From positions 2,048,001 through 2,112,000 of the forward strand of contig MU058687.1 of the NCBI GenBank assembly GCA_013265495.1: 64,000 bases of DNA. Reading direction: 5' to 3'. The position numbers and the translations under genes were made by a program. Numbering within the stretch: position 1 is the first letter of the stretch; each line of letters opens with the position of its first letter. Of this stretch, positions 40,582-53,902 are shown in pieces. This stretch comes from Vicugna vicugna (Eukaryota). Under the pieces are notes generated by a model. That model was given only the letters and a program-made list of their open reading frames with translations. It was not told the origin of the DNA and did not search any database.

Positions 40582-40810
40582 ATGTCTTAGTCTGCTCAAG
40601 CTGCTATAACAAAATACCATGGACCAGGTGGCTTATATCACAGACATTTATTTCTCACATTCTGAAGGCTGGGAAATCTGAGATCACGGTGCCAGCAGAT
40701 TTGGTTCCTGGTGTGGACCCAAATCCTGGCTTATAGAGAGCCACCTTCTCTCTGTATTCTCACAAGACAGAGAGGGGATCAGAACTCTGGCTTCTCTTCC
40801 TTTTCTTAGG
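40582..40810 (-). mobile_element. MLT1 LTR fragment
   Basis: tgtcttagtctgctcaagctgctataacaaaataccat...atttatttctcac is the reverse complement of an MLT1 3' end. Confidence 0.75.
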
Positions 40811-41162
40811 AAGAAGTGGTTTTCTTCAAATGAAATCCTACACAGAAAGCCAGTATATTACACAGATAAAACTGAAGTTGAATCAGAGGAGTGGGGACTT
40901 GGAGGCCCACCCACTCCTGTACCTGGAGTGCCCTCATCAGTGTCCCTGAAGCATCTTTTGGGATCTCTTAGAACTCTGAGGGTTGCAGGGTTAAAATTCC
41001 TCATCTTGCTCAACATTTCATTTTCTAGAAGCCTAGAAAGGGGCAGTTACTTATCCAAGGAATTCCCCCTTACAAACATTCTAGATTCTCCTGGATCCAC
41101 CATGGCCACATCTCATCCAGCACTTCTTCCAACAAGATTTTTACTCTCCAAATTTTCCCTTT

Positions 41163-41430
41163 GAGATGTTGGTCAAAGGGTAAAAAGTTGCAGTTAGGTG
41201 GGATGAATAAGTCTAGAGATCTAAGGTACAAGCATGGTAACTGTAGCTAATACTACTGCATTGAACACTAGGGATACACTAAGAGAGTAGATTTCAGGTA
41301 GACTCATCACAGCTGTAGTTACGTGAAGAGATGATGTATTAATTAGCTTGACTGTAGTAATCATGTCACTACATATATGTATGTCAAGTCATCATGTTGT
41401 ACACCTTAAATTTATATAATTTTAATTTTA
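41163..41430 (+). mobile_element. L1MA-type 3' UTR fragment
   Basis: Contains ggtcaaagggtaaaaagttgcagtta...gatgaataagtctagagatct...aagagagtagatt...catgttgtacaccttaaa. Confidence 0.75.
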
Positions 41431-41555
41431 AAATATATAAACTTAAAAATTATATATTTTATCCCTTGATGGATGAGGGGGCATGATGGACACGTCTGGG
41501 GTGCTGGAACTGTCCTATACCTTGATCTGCGTACATGAGTAGATTGTACAGTGTA

Positions 41556-41756
41556 CAGAGGGGTGCTGGATCCAACTCAAATGGGCTTACACCAGCTCAC
41601 AAGAGTATCTCTTCCCAACTCTGTATTCAATGACGTCACTTTGGTGACTTGACATTGGCCATGACAGGAGTATTTAGAGCGGGGTAATGGGCAAATTTAT
41701 AATCAGGGCTTTTTTCCCCCTGAAGATCCAGTTTAACATTTACCAGCACATTGCTG
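41556..41756. mobile_element. hAT-Blackjack MITE, MER63-like, nested in an L1 3' UTR fragment
   Basis: Related termini cagaggggtgctgga... and ...aacatttaccagcacattgctg. Confidence 0.6.
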
Positions 41757-43079
41757 GATGGATGCATATATAAATATTCATCGAGCTGCAAACCAAAATT
41801 TGTGCCCTTCACTGCATGTGCATTATACCTCAATAAAAATAGCTGGGGTCTCCAGACTCCTAGTTCCATGATTGACACCTAAAATGATCTTACTGGTTGT
41901 CTGTCTTCTTTCCCTAAGTTCCATGAAGGCAAGGAGCTTATCTGCTTTGTTCAGCAACCAATAATTAGTGGTTGCTTGAAAAAAAGAATTTCCTTGATGC
42001 TAATGCAGGTTGGGCTATTCCAAGGGTGTGCCTATCCACGTCCTGCCTTGGTTTACTGCTAAGTGCAGAGGTACCCATGGGCGTGCCCACCATTGGCACA
42101 TCAGCAGTCTAGAACTGCAAGGTTGGCATAATTGCTTGTCTCCACTACTCTGCTGTATTTGCCTTTTTCAGTCCTCTTCTACCCACTGTAGATAGAATTA
42201 ACTGCTGTTTCCTCCCCGGCTCTTTGCCTGTTTCTCTACAGAGCACTTGCTTAGCCCTGTTAAATAGAGTTTGGGGGTCATGCCTATTTCCCCTGCAAGA
42301 TTAGAGGTTAGTAAAGCTCATGTCTTCCTCATCTCAGCATGGATAAGACTGTGGGCCCTTAATAGAAGCCTGTTGAGTGAATGAAATGGACTTTAAGAGA
42401 AGAAAGAGAGACTAGGTTTGGAGGAAGAATAAACTGCCCCACAGACAAAGTCTGTGCTGAAACAAGGGTGACCCTTCAGAAACTGGAAAGGCCAAAGTGG
42501 TTTGGGATGGTACCCTGCTTGGTGGGGGCGCTGACCAAGTAGCCTTTTGAGATCTTTCCCATTCTTGGATTCCTCACTATTCAAAGCAGAGGCGATGGCT
42601 GTGAAGATGAGCACAAGGTCAGAAGTCCTCTACCACGCTGGGCTGTCCTGGGCTGTGAGCTTCCTGGGACCTGCAAAGAGACACTCTCCTCCCCACAACA
42701 ACCTCCTAGACCCTTCTGGGTCCTCTGGGGGTGGGAGGGGAGGGAGGTGATTCTAGGGCTAGAAATGTTCTATAGCTTGATCTGGGTGATGGCCACAGGG
42801 GTAGTTCTAGTTGTAAAAAGTCACTGTACTTTACACCTAAGAATTGTGCATTTTGTGTGTAACACATCAATGAAAAAGTAAAATGAAACTAAAACCCTCC
42901 CCCTGCTGAGAAAGGCACTAGCGCTGTGAGTCTCCCTCCGGCCCCTGCACGGGATCCTAAGCCAGGCGCCAGCAGCGACTGAAGGAGCCCAGAGGCTGGG
43001 TAATCTGCAAAGAGAGAAAGCCAGGAGGTGGCAGAAGGAAGGGACTCTTAGGGTTCTCAGAGGAGACAGGGGTACTTGG

Positions 43080-43500
43080 GCTGTTCGGGGTCAGGCCGGA
43101 GGAAGGCGTCGGGCGTGGAGGAAACTCTTGGGAATGCGGAGGGCGGAAAGGAGTCGGGTGGGAGCCGAGTTGAGCGGGAGCAGTCGGACCGCGCCAGCCT
43201 GCTGGGCGTGGGTGGGCGCGGAAGGAGCCAGGGCGCTGACAGCGGTGTCTCCCGTCCCCGTCTCCGTCTCCCCGAGGAGGGCCGGGTGGGCTGGGGAGGA
43301 GGGGAAAGGGAAGACAGCGTGACTGCGTCTGATCTACAGTGACGAGTACCAATGTTAACTGTCACCTCTCATCTCCAAACTAAATCACACCTGGAATTGG
43401 AGGCACGGAGGAGCTGATAGAGTCAGCCTCACAGAGGCGACAAGTCAATCAGCGCAGAGATGCGCGCGGAGACACGGGCTTCTCCAGGCCGGGCGCCTTC
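43080..43500. promoter_or_regulatory. Orphan CpG-rich island (candidate enhancer or promoter)
   Basis: Dense CpG, GC-box-like GGGCG motifs, no TE signature, about 15 kb upstream of the GPATCH2L promoter. Confidence 0.5.
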
Positions 43501-46500
43501 ATTCATTCTGGGATTTACACTTGTCAGGCTGCCGCCTGGGGATGGGCAGGAGGAGGGGTGGGCAGGAAGCTGGTCTCACTTCAGCTCCACTTACTTAAAA
43601 CAGGATGACTGGCGGCTTTGGCGGCTTCTCCCCGGGGGTTTCGGCAGGGCCCACTTGCACTTGCTGCCCCTTCACTTCATCCTGTAGGTCATTCCCCGGG
43701 GTCAGTGGACTTCAGGCTCAAAGAGTAGGAAGAAGCCCAGCAATGGGAAGGTTAGGACCGATGGGCCATCTCAGGACCAGATGTATTGGTTGCCCAAGCA
43801 GCTCTGTCAGGCTGGGAGCATGTAGAGGCAAAAAGAATTCTGTCCTGGGACCAGGTTGTGTGTTTGGTGGGGAGCAGTGGGACCTTGTGGGGAATGAGGG
43901 ATAGATTTAAAATGACTACTTTGGAGCAATTTTACCAGTAGTCAAATGAAACAGAAGAGATCTTTGTTTTTACTTTCATTCATTCCTTTACTCATAAATA
44001 GTATTCAGCCAGGCTCTATGTGAAGTGCTGAGAATTCAACAGGACAGAGCCCCCATATCTGGCGAGAAAGGGGGTAATTAAAGGGTTAAGAACTTCTTAG
44101 GGTGTCATTTCTGTTTAATGAATGAACCTATAGCCCCATCACTGACCACATCATCAGAATCTCAGCACAGACATATATAAAGTGCTTTTTCACATACAAA
44201 CATAACTATGCTAAGTGCTGTGCCAAAGAAAATGCCTGGAGATATAAATTCCAGATGGAGAGAAAAACATTGAGTTTCCATTGCTGTTTAAACATCTATT
44301 TTATTTTTGTCATTATGAAAATAATATAACTTCATTACAGAACATGTGGGGCAATAGAGAGGGGGAAAAAGTCACCTAGGGATAAACTAGCATTTTGATA
44401 TGCTTCCTTCTAGTCTTTTTTCTTGTATCTCTTTAACTTTTTTTTCTCAAAAGCCCCTAGCCCAGGGCATGTCCTATGTCACTGAATGTGGAGTAAGGTT
44501 GGAAGCTTTCGTTTCTCCTTTGACCCCACATTCAGAGGGGTGCCTAAGGACAAGACTTCATTCTGCCTGGTGCCCGGGCACAGAAATGGTGATACAGGCA
44601 TTCAGCAGGCTGATCTCTTAATCCAGATTGGTGTAGTCATTTGAAACTGAAAGCAGCTCCTTTTTATGTCGCCTGCTTCTCAGCATTAACTTCTCTTTGA
44701 TGTAATTTTTGCTTCCGATGCTCTCTCCCTTCATGGGTTAGATTAGTGTGAAATTGGCCTGGCTCCTCCAGAGACTGCCGTGTTAAGCTTCAAATACTTG
44801 GTCCTTATTGGAAATCCTTAACCCACATCAGGGGAGAAAAGTGGCAGCATTACTTGGGAGTGTGTGAGTGGGAGGATGGGGAAGGAAGATTGGGTGTAGG
44901 GTAAGAGGAGAAAAGTACATGTTGGCAAGGGGAGGGTGGGGAAGTTGAGATTCTTCTCCATTTATTGACTGCTGAAGATTCACTCACCTTAATCTTGGGG
45001 CAAAGGAGGAGGAACAGATCTTAGGTAACTTGAAAATGTGATAATAGGGACAGAAAGCCTGTTTAGTAAACAGAACCTCTGGCTGGAGCTGTCCAAACTT
45101 CTTGGTGCTGAAAGGAAGAAAAAGTTAACAGAGTCTGGGAAGATAACAGGGCAATATTGTATAACCCTGTCTAGATCCCTGGGGTTGTGCCTGCTCCTAT
45201 AGTTGTCTCATTTGGCTCAGATGTGACCTTGAAGTACATATAAGACACAGTTACTAACATTCCGTGAGGACAGGCAGGAGCAGGTCCCTTCACCAGTTCT
45301 GCCCTGCTTTCTTGCCAAACCATGTGGTAGAGAAGAGGGGCAACTTGTAATTGGGTCAGACTGCTGGAGGGAGGTACTCCACTGCAAGGGAGACTCACCT
45401 GAACACCTGACCCAGGAGAGGGTTTCCCTCTACTTTTAAGACAGAACTGGGGGGAAGGAAGCTTCTGCTGTTATTCGGACCTGTCCAGACTGAAGAGATG
45501 CTCCAGATTTTAGATCACACCTCCAACTTATTTCCTTAATAACAACCTCATATCCTCTGCCCCCAAATTCATATTGGCTCCTGAGGATATCACTGGAGGA
45601 CAGAAACTGCCAAAGGTGATTCTGATGGCCAAACTGACCCATGCTGTCCATAGAGGAAGCAATTACCAAACATCATTTCTGAGAAAACTTTAGACTCTCC
45701 ATTCAAAGACAGTTTAGCTCCAGATAGTTCAAGTTTGTTATCAGCCAACATATACTTCTCCCCTGCAATCCCCATCCAGCTTTCTCTGCCAGACTAGCCT
45801 TGACCTTTACTTGTCCCCCACTTCTGTCTGTTTCTTTTCTTCCCACAATGCCTCATTCCCAAGCCTCAGCCTAATATGCCTGCAACTTTTCTTTCCCTTG
45901 GCCTATTCTCTGTTCTTTGTCCTTACTCCTAGTGGGTCCTTCCAGCCACCTGCCCGCTGCCTGGGCCCTGGGCTTTGCACCCGCCTTCCCTCAGCTTGGC
46001 ACACTTGTCCCACACAGTGCCCCTACCCGATCTCTGCACGGCAGAAGGGCCTTGGCCCACTTTGGTTTAGCCTTGTGCCTCCTTGTGCATGGGCCCTCCT
46101 CTCCCCTTCTTGAGTCCGCAAATCACTCCTTCCAGTGTCAGCCGGCAAATTGGTTTATCCTCCCCCCAACCCGGCTTTCATTACCTTGCCGAAATGAAGC
46201 GATATCTCCTCGGCGGAGGCTTCCCGTCCGTGCCGCCGCTGGCATAATAAATGAAGACAAAGTGCCGGCGGCATAGACCATCTCTCCCACCGCACCACCA
46301 GCCGCTGCCAGCTTCATTATTCGCTTAAGTTGCCGGAGAGAATTACTTAACCCTGACCCGTGTATTAGGGGCCTGTATTAATGCCGCGACAGGCGCCTCT
46401 TACGGCAGAGAACAATTTATTAGTGCCGAAACAGGCTGCTTTTCTCTGTCATTTTTCCAATCTGAGCTTTGAACACACATCATTAAACTTGTCTGACTCT

Positions 46501-47400
46501 CTCCCCTTCTCCATCATTCCTTTTTCATTTTTTTTTAAACAGAAAGCACCGTAGAGAATGGAGATTGTTCTGAAAATCTCCAAATGCCTCGCCCTCTCAC
46601 TTCTCTCCATTTCCACCCTTTTCTTCTTTTCCTATTCCTAGTTCTTTCTTTGGCTTATTTTTGGTCTCGGTCTCTTTGCTGGTGGCTCTCCTACTTTTGA
46701 AGTCAGAATATGATGCGAGGGAACATTCGGTTTCCGAAAGAAAATCCAGAAGTCCTTGGATGTGGAGGTTGGGAGACAGAACAGCCACAGCTCCCTGTCC
46801 CTTGAGCCCCTCATCGGTTGTCTCTCCCTCAGACTCCTTTGCGAGAGGTGGCCTCTGCCTCTCTTTGTGCCTCCAGTGGGGAGCATCTTACTTCCAAAAC
46901 AGGCATTGGGATCTATTCTGGGAGGTTAAACACCTGAGTGAGAAAAAGAACTGAGCAGGGTTCCTATTTGTCATGGGGACTCTATCATGTCCACATTTGG
47001 GAGAGAGGGTTTGGAGGAGTTTGGAAGCACCTAGAGATGGCCATACAGTGTCTGAAGCACGCTGAGCCCTGGTCCAGTGGCTGGACACCGCCAAGGAAGT
47101 TGGCCACTGGGCTGTGTGGCCACAGGCCGCATACATGACTCCCTGACCAAGGCAGACAGGATGTCGGTCTCTAGGTAATCTCATCTCTGGCTTGCTGTGT
47201 GGCTTTGTCTCAGTGCCTGAACTCAACCTATAGCTTCCATGCCCTCCTTGGCTCTTGGCCTTGGCTCCTCTGGCTTCACATATGCCCTTGTCTCTAACAC
47301 CATGTGCCCAGAGCCGCATGGAACCATCACTGATGTAGCACTTGCCTCTTCTCCCTGGTGACCATCTCCTGCCTTTTGTATTGGGGACAAACATGGCTAC

Positions 47401-47900
47401 TGTCTTCATTTGTGTTCACCTGAAAGGAGAGCTTGAGCAGACTTGGGTATAGATAGTTTGAGAGATGACACTAGGAAGTAGGAGTGAGGGGTAGAGAAAG
47501 AGTGATAAGGAAGAAAGACAAGAAAAGCATGAGTTAGTGACAGGGCTGTTACAGGCAGTGGGGCTCAACTCTTCCAGGCCCTCTGAGTAGGGTAAAGAAT
47601 GCCTCCCAGAATTATGCTTCTGGAAAGCCTTGGATATTTGTCCACAGCCCCTGTCCCCTGTTGGCTAAGGGTTGCCCCTAGGGGTATAAACTCTCCTATA
47701 CTTCACTATGCTTGTGCGTGGGTGATGGGTACTGCTGAACACCTTCTTCTTGGGGAAGAAAACTGAAAACTGGAGAGAATTGTGAGGCTCCTGCTGGAGG
47801 TGGGTTTGGTTGGGATGGGTTCACAGGGACCTGGCCAGCACAGCTAGGGCTCAAATCAGAGGCTCCTCAGGACATTGTGAGGTGGCACCAATAGCATCTT
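47401..47900. mobile_element. Old ERVL-type LTR (LTR33-like)
   Basis: tgtcttcatttgtgttcacc...gatagtttgagagatgacactaggaag resembles an LTR33-class terminus. Confidence 0.4.
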
Positions 47901-50029
47901 CTCTTGCCACTATCCCATGTGCCCACCTCCTCTCAATAGCCCCTCCCTCTCAAGTTCCAACCCCCAGGGCCCCCAGCAGTTCTCAGGCCTCTGACCAGGG
48001 GCTGCACACACAAATGCCATCACAGACCAGGCAGGGACATAAACAAGAGAGGCAGGATGGGCACAATAAACAGGAACTGGTGGGGACTGGCAAATCAGAG
48101 TGTAGAGGCAATCTTATAAAGACAATGACATAATTTTAAAAACATGTGCTGTTAGACAAACCTATAAGGAGGCCAGAAAATTTGATCTGTGGACTACCAG
48201 TTGAGCATCAGGCTGGATGGAGTCTTTGGAGATGGTGTGACTTTTGTGAAGTTTTCACTCACTTTTTCTCATTCTTCCCAACTATAGCTGATGGCTTTGG
48301 GGATTCTTTGGAAGTGAGTATTGGGGAGAGGGGCATAAAAGTAGGAAAGCCCATCTAAAAGGCCAGTGGTGTTGCCCCTAGCCCAGTCCTTCCCAAATTC
48401 CCTGGGCCTCCAGATCCTGGCAACCCTCCCTTCTGCTTGGCTCAATAGCTCTTGAAAGTTCTCTAATCACCTCTCTGCTTCCTGCATTAATGAGCCTCTC
48501 ATCTCACTGATGGCAATCAGAATATTTGCTTATGAAAGGGACACGGTTAATAACACGATTGCTTCCCTCCGCCTTCTTCCTTCCTCTCCTCCCCCCTCCC
48601 CTTCCCTCGCCCTCCACACAATTCCCTCAATTAACGATAGGCAGAAATTAATTTTTCCCCTCGATCGAAACAATTGCAGGGAAGCGGATTGCCAGCGTCG
48701 CTTCAGATAGGGACCGCTCCCAGCAGAGTGGAGAGAAAGGAGGGGAGATGGAGGAGATACGCACGGTCCTATCTGCAGGCACAGGACAGAGTAATACAAA
48801 TGTTATCCTTAGAAATGTACTTAAAGAGGATATGTTTATAATTCGGAGGGGATTTTCAGAGGCTCTCCTGCCCTCCCTCCCTCTCCAGGGCACTCTATTC
48901 CACTCACTTCAGAATAGCAGAACCCAGAGTTTGTGGAGAATTTTGCTCTTATTGCCTCAGTGAGTGGAATGGGCCTGGGGTGAGAAGGGAGATCAGGTTA
49001 GCCAGAGGGGGAAGGCCATCATCCAGGGGCCCAGGATTTGGGCCACTACCAATAGCGCTGACTTAGTGGCCAAACACCAAATACCAGGTGTCAGGTATGG
49101 CTGTTGTATGGGCTTTCCAGGTGAGGGCCTTGCTAATATGCCACCTTTGCCATTCCTTCTGTGCCTGCCTGGATGTTTGGCTTGGGCTTCCTCTCCCAGC
49201 CCATTCTTCCATCCAGGCAGAGAGGCAGGGGCCTTCATGGAAGCCAAGATCATATCCTAGCAAAGTAGGTTTAAAACACAGACTGTGGAGCCAGACAGCC
49301 TGGGTTTGTATCCCAGCTCTGCTGTTTAGAAGCTCTGTAATCATAGGCAAGTTACTTAACATCTCTGGGCCTTGGTTTACTTATCTGTAAAATGCGGATT
49401 ACACCTATCTCATAGGGTTGTTATACAGGATGCAATGAGACTGTTAGTAAGTTCTTAAAACAGTAGCTGCTAGGTAGCAAGTGCTATTTATATATTTGGT
49501 AAAGAAGTTTAGAAGAAAAAAAGCCTATACTCTGGTGGTTGTCAGGAATTTGTTGATCTGTTCATTCAATAAACATTTACTACATACTAGTCCTATGGAG
49601 AATATAGACATTTTTAAAGATTTGGTGGTCTCTACACCTGAGTTGTAAACAACCATAATGTGAGCAGAATTCACCATAAGAGTGGTGTGTGGAGTGCTAT
49701 GGGATTTCAGAAGGAGGGAGGGAAATTCAGGCAGGACAGGGCAATCAGGGTTGGCTTCACAGAGGAGATGGCATCTGAGCTGAACTTTGCAGAGTAAATA
49801 GAATTTCAATAGGCCAGGAAAGGTTGCTGCTGGGCAGAGGGGCCCAGAAGAGTAAGTGTTTTAAGGACAACAGATCAGGCCGGGAAAGTTGGAGGATTGG
49901 GTGGGGGAGGGGAGATTAGCGTAGAAGAGCCCCTTCCATCAACTCCACCTGTCTGTGTTCACTCACTCCAGCCCCACCCTGTCCCGACTCTCCCCCTTCT
50001 GTCAACATCCAAGAAAGATTAACTTCTCT

Positions 50030-50640
50030 CAGTGCAAGAAAGTTATCATTAGCAGAGAATTAAAAGAGTGATTAATGATGCACCCCTCCCCCACGCCACA
50101 GTCCTTATCTGGTGGCGGTGAGTTGGACAATGCGGCAGGTGGGGTGAGGGAAGAGAAGGAGAAGGAGAAATGGAAAACAATAAATATTAAGTGCAAGAAA
50201 AAAGGGAGCACAGCGCTGTTCCCACTTGTTAGATTGAAGGCGCCTCTCCAGAGGGGGGAAGGATCCAAATTGCTAATTAGCGCCTCTGAAAAGGCCTCGC
50301 TCTGATATGCGCGCCGCTGAAAGGCCGCCGTTAATGAAGCCTCGGCGAGCCCGCTTCCCTTTGACTGGCCTTCATCCCTCCTCCGGAGCCCCGGGCCGCC
50401 GGAACAATGAGGCGGGGAGCGCCGGCTCCCCCAGGCCTCGCCGGGACGGCCCGGGCAGCGCGCGCGGGGAGCAGCGCGGCGCTGGCGAAATGTGGAGGGG
50501 GAGATAAGGCCGAGCAGAGGGAAGAGGCTCACTCCCAGGGGCCCAGGGAAAATTTGCAGTTATTATGAAGGAGATGAGACAGATTAAAAGCCCTTGTGTT
50601 CGCCGCTTTGCCCCTTTATTTAGTGGCTTCATCTAGGAGA
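50030..50640. promoter_or_regulatory. CpG-rich core flanked by TAAT clusters (candidate developmental enhancer)
   Basis: CpG-dense 50280-50520 with flanking GATTAATG, CTAATTAG, GTTAATG and AACAAT motifs; no TE signature. Confidence 0.45.
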
Positions 50641-51149
50641 TGAAAGAAGTTGGAAATGACTTTCTCTGCTTTGCGCTGCAAGAAGCTTCATGCCACATTT
50701 CTTGACTTTATTCCTTCTTTTGTTTCTCTCTTTCTTGCCTTTAACCCCTGAACGACTTCACTGTGAGGCCACAGGCATTGGAGACCAGGAAATAGGGACT
50801 AGTGGGGCCTCCCCCGTTGACCACTGGTAGCCAGACCTCAGCGGGCTGTGGCTTCTGGCTGATCTCTGGGGGCAATGGCTGAGGTAGGGAGCAGGGAGTG
50901 TGCCATCTAACCCTGGAAGGCCCCAAGAGGAGGCTGGATGACCCTTTATCCACAAGGAGGGGTAGATACTCCCATAGTGCCCTGGGCCTATTCCCAGCAT
51001 TGTGCACAGCCAAATCACTTGGTTCAAACCCAAACTCCACCACACATGAGCCAAAATCTTGGGCAAGTTACTTAATGTCTCTTTCTGTCTGTAAAGTAGG
51101 GCCAATGATCATAATACTAAAATCGACTTCATAGGGTAAGATAGAGTGA

Positions 51150-52110
51150 TTGCCTTACTGTCTCGTTTTTTTTCAAGCCTCCCTGTATCTACATCCTTTG
51201 TTAGTGCTTTCCATACTGACTTTAGGCTTGGCCACATCACTAGCTTTGGCCACTGGGTCAATCACAGCTTGATTCAAGCAGAGTCATCACTGTGTGTTTT
51301 ATCTTAGAATGTGCGTTTCTGTGTATACCTCTCAGAATATTACCACAGTTATGAGAACATTACTAGGGCCAGTATCTGGTCATAAGAATATGACTGTGCC
51401 AGCCTGCTGGAGGTATGTGGGAGACATGTGGGAGACATGTGGAAGACAGTCAAATTGTCTCAGACAAGGATATACTAGAGGAGCCAGTCCCCAGGTGACT
51501 GCAGGTACATGAGAAAGCCCAGCCAAGATCTGCCAGTACTAGCCTAAATGGGCAGTACTATCCAGCCAACCATGGACTTGTAAAAAAATAATAAGTGGAT
51601 GTTGTTTTAAGCAACTAATTGTTGGTGGCTTGTTATGCAGCATTATTCTGAAATAGATAACTGATACATAAATTGGTGCCTAGAAGTTTGATGCTGCCCG
51701 AAACAAAAATAAATCAAAGCTTAAGCTCAAGATACAAACATTGGCTTTGGGACAGAAAAGCAAATAGTGATTAGAGGCCAGAAAAGACAATTAAGAAACT
51801 GCTATAGCAGGTTGGAAAAAAGGTGGTCCATAATACATACGGTGAAACAATCAGTAAAACTGTTGTCTGAGGTAATCTGGATGGTAGAAAAAGTACTTAA
51901 TGAACTTATGGATTTGAATAATGAGATTTTGCAGGCAGAATGTTGAAAGGATCAGCTGGCTCTTACTAACTGAATATGATAAGATACTATGAGAAAGAGG
52001 TGGACTAAAAAAGGTAACAACTAGTTTGTCAACAGAATTTAGAGGAATATAAAGGGCCCAGAAATTTCTGAATTAAAAAGTAATCTCTAGTCTCCCAAGT
52101 CAGTAAAATT
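51150..52110 (+). mobile_element. MLT1-type LTR (ending 51668) followed by MaLR internal sequence
   Basis: LTR 3' end gttgttttaagc...gcagca...agataactgataca, followed directly by aattggtgcc..., typical of the start of MLT1-int. Confidence 0.65.
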
Positions 52111-52199
52111 GTCTTGATATAAATATAATAGGGACTATACTTACTCTACCATCTTAAACAATTAAAGAAATACAAAAATTTCCAATCTCCAACAAAATA

Positions 52200-53170
52200 A
52201 AATTAGTAATGTGTGGAAAATAATTTTAAAAATTGCCAGGCACAAAGAAGCAAGAAAACAAAACCAGTATGTAAAGAGAAAGCAATCAATAAAAACAAAC
52301 TCAGAATTACACAGATGACAGAACTATTAGATGAGACACTAAACAGCTTTTACAACTATATTCCATATGTTTAACAAGGTAGAGAAAAACATGAGATATT
52401 AAAGAGAGACATGGAAGATTTCTTGAAAGCCTAAATCTAACTTCTATAAATATAAAATGTCTGAAATAAAAAAGTACAGTGGATTGGATTCACACTAGAT
52501 TAGACACTACAGAAGAAAAGATTATAACTTTGAAGACATAGCAGTATAAACTCTCCAAAATAAAATGCAGAGGGAAAAAATCTGAAGAAGATAACACAAA
52601 AGAACAACTTAAAGCAATCTAGAATATGTATAACTGGAGTCCCAGAAGTATAGAGGAAGTGAGGGGAGAAAAATATTTAAAGAAACAATAGCCAAAAACT
52701 TTCCAAATTGAATGAAAATTATAAACCCACAGATCCAAAAAGCTCAATGAGCCCCAAGGACAAGAAATATGATGAAAATGACAGTAAGACATGTCATAAG
52801 CAAACTAGTGATACAGAGAAAATCTTAACAGCAGCAGCAGTATGAAAGCATTTCTGCATAGAAGAAAAAAGGATAAGAATAACAGCAGACTTTATCTCAG
52901 AAATAATGTGAGCCAGAAGACAATGGAGCAGTATCTTTAAAGTACTAAAAGAAAAACATCATCAACCTGAGATTCTATACCCAGCAAAATATCTTTCAAA
53001 AAATGAAAACAATATAAAGATTTTTTTTTTTTGGACAAACCTGAAGGAATCAACAACAGCATAGCAGAACTACAGGAAATGTTAAAGAAAATACTTCAGG
53101 CAAAAGAAAATTATACCACATAAAAATCTGGATCTACACAAAGGAGTGAAAAGCACCAAAAATGGTATTT
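52200..53170 (+). mobile_element. Ancient L1 (L1M or HAL1-like) ORF1 region, degraded
   Basis: A-rich sense strand. Degraded ORF1p motifs readable across frameshifts (IFKE..AKNFPN; RITADF..SE; ARRQWSSIFKVLKEK; ILYPAK). Confidence 0.8.
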
Positions 53171-53416
53171 GTGAAAGACCGTAAAAAAAGGAAGCGGGTT
53201 GTCTGATAGGTAGCTAGTAGTGTTCCTTGTAGTAGTAGTGAGAGAAGACAGGGTAGGAATAGATGAACACAGCTTAGAGATAGTGTGTACAAGCTTTGGG
53301 GTCAGGCAGAGCTGGATTTTGGTCTCAGCTCTATACTAGCTGTGTGAATTTGGGCAAGTTTACTACCACCTCAAATCTTCAGTTTCCTCATTTGTAAAAT
53401 AGGGATAATATAACAC

Positions 53417-53902
53417 GGTGATAGACAGAGTAACAGCCCCCTGGAATCTGTGAATATGTTACCTTACATAGCAAAAGGGACTTTGTAGATGTGATTAAAG
53501 TTAAGGACCTTGAGATGGGTTGATTATCCTGGATTATCCATGTGGGTGCATGTGGGTTCCTAAAAGCAGAGAACCTTTCCCAGCTGTGGTCAAAGAGAGA
53601 TGTGATGGCAGCAGGAGGACCAGAAAGACTTGATGTTGCTGGCTTTGAAGATGGAGGAAGGTGCCACAAGCTGGGGAATGTGGGGGATGGGGGGTGGGGC
53701 TCTAGAAGCTAATAAAAGCAAAGAAATGGATTCACCCCAAAAAGCTTCAGAAAAGAACACAGCCCTGCTGACACCTTAATTTTAGCTGAGTAAGATCCAT
53801 GTGGAAATTCTGACCTACAGAATTGTAAGATAATATATTTGTGTTGTGTTAAGCCACTAAATTTGTGGTAACTTATTATAGCAGCTATAGGAAACTAATA
53901 CA
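53417..53902 (+). mobile_element. MaLR solo LTR (MLT1D-like) inserted into a MIR
   Basis: Contains tgtgaatatgttaccttacatagcaaaagggactttg...ggaaactaataca. 5-bp TSD AACAC at 53412-53416 and 53903-53907; MIR halves on both sides. Confidence 0.88.

Noticed and set aside
11252..45232. Enrichment of ERR motifs TCAAGGTCA (11252 on +, 45224 on -) as ESRRB autoregulation
   Set aside because: Two hits of a 9-mer in 64 kb on both strands is close to chance (about 0.5 expected at uniform composition).
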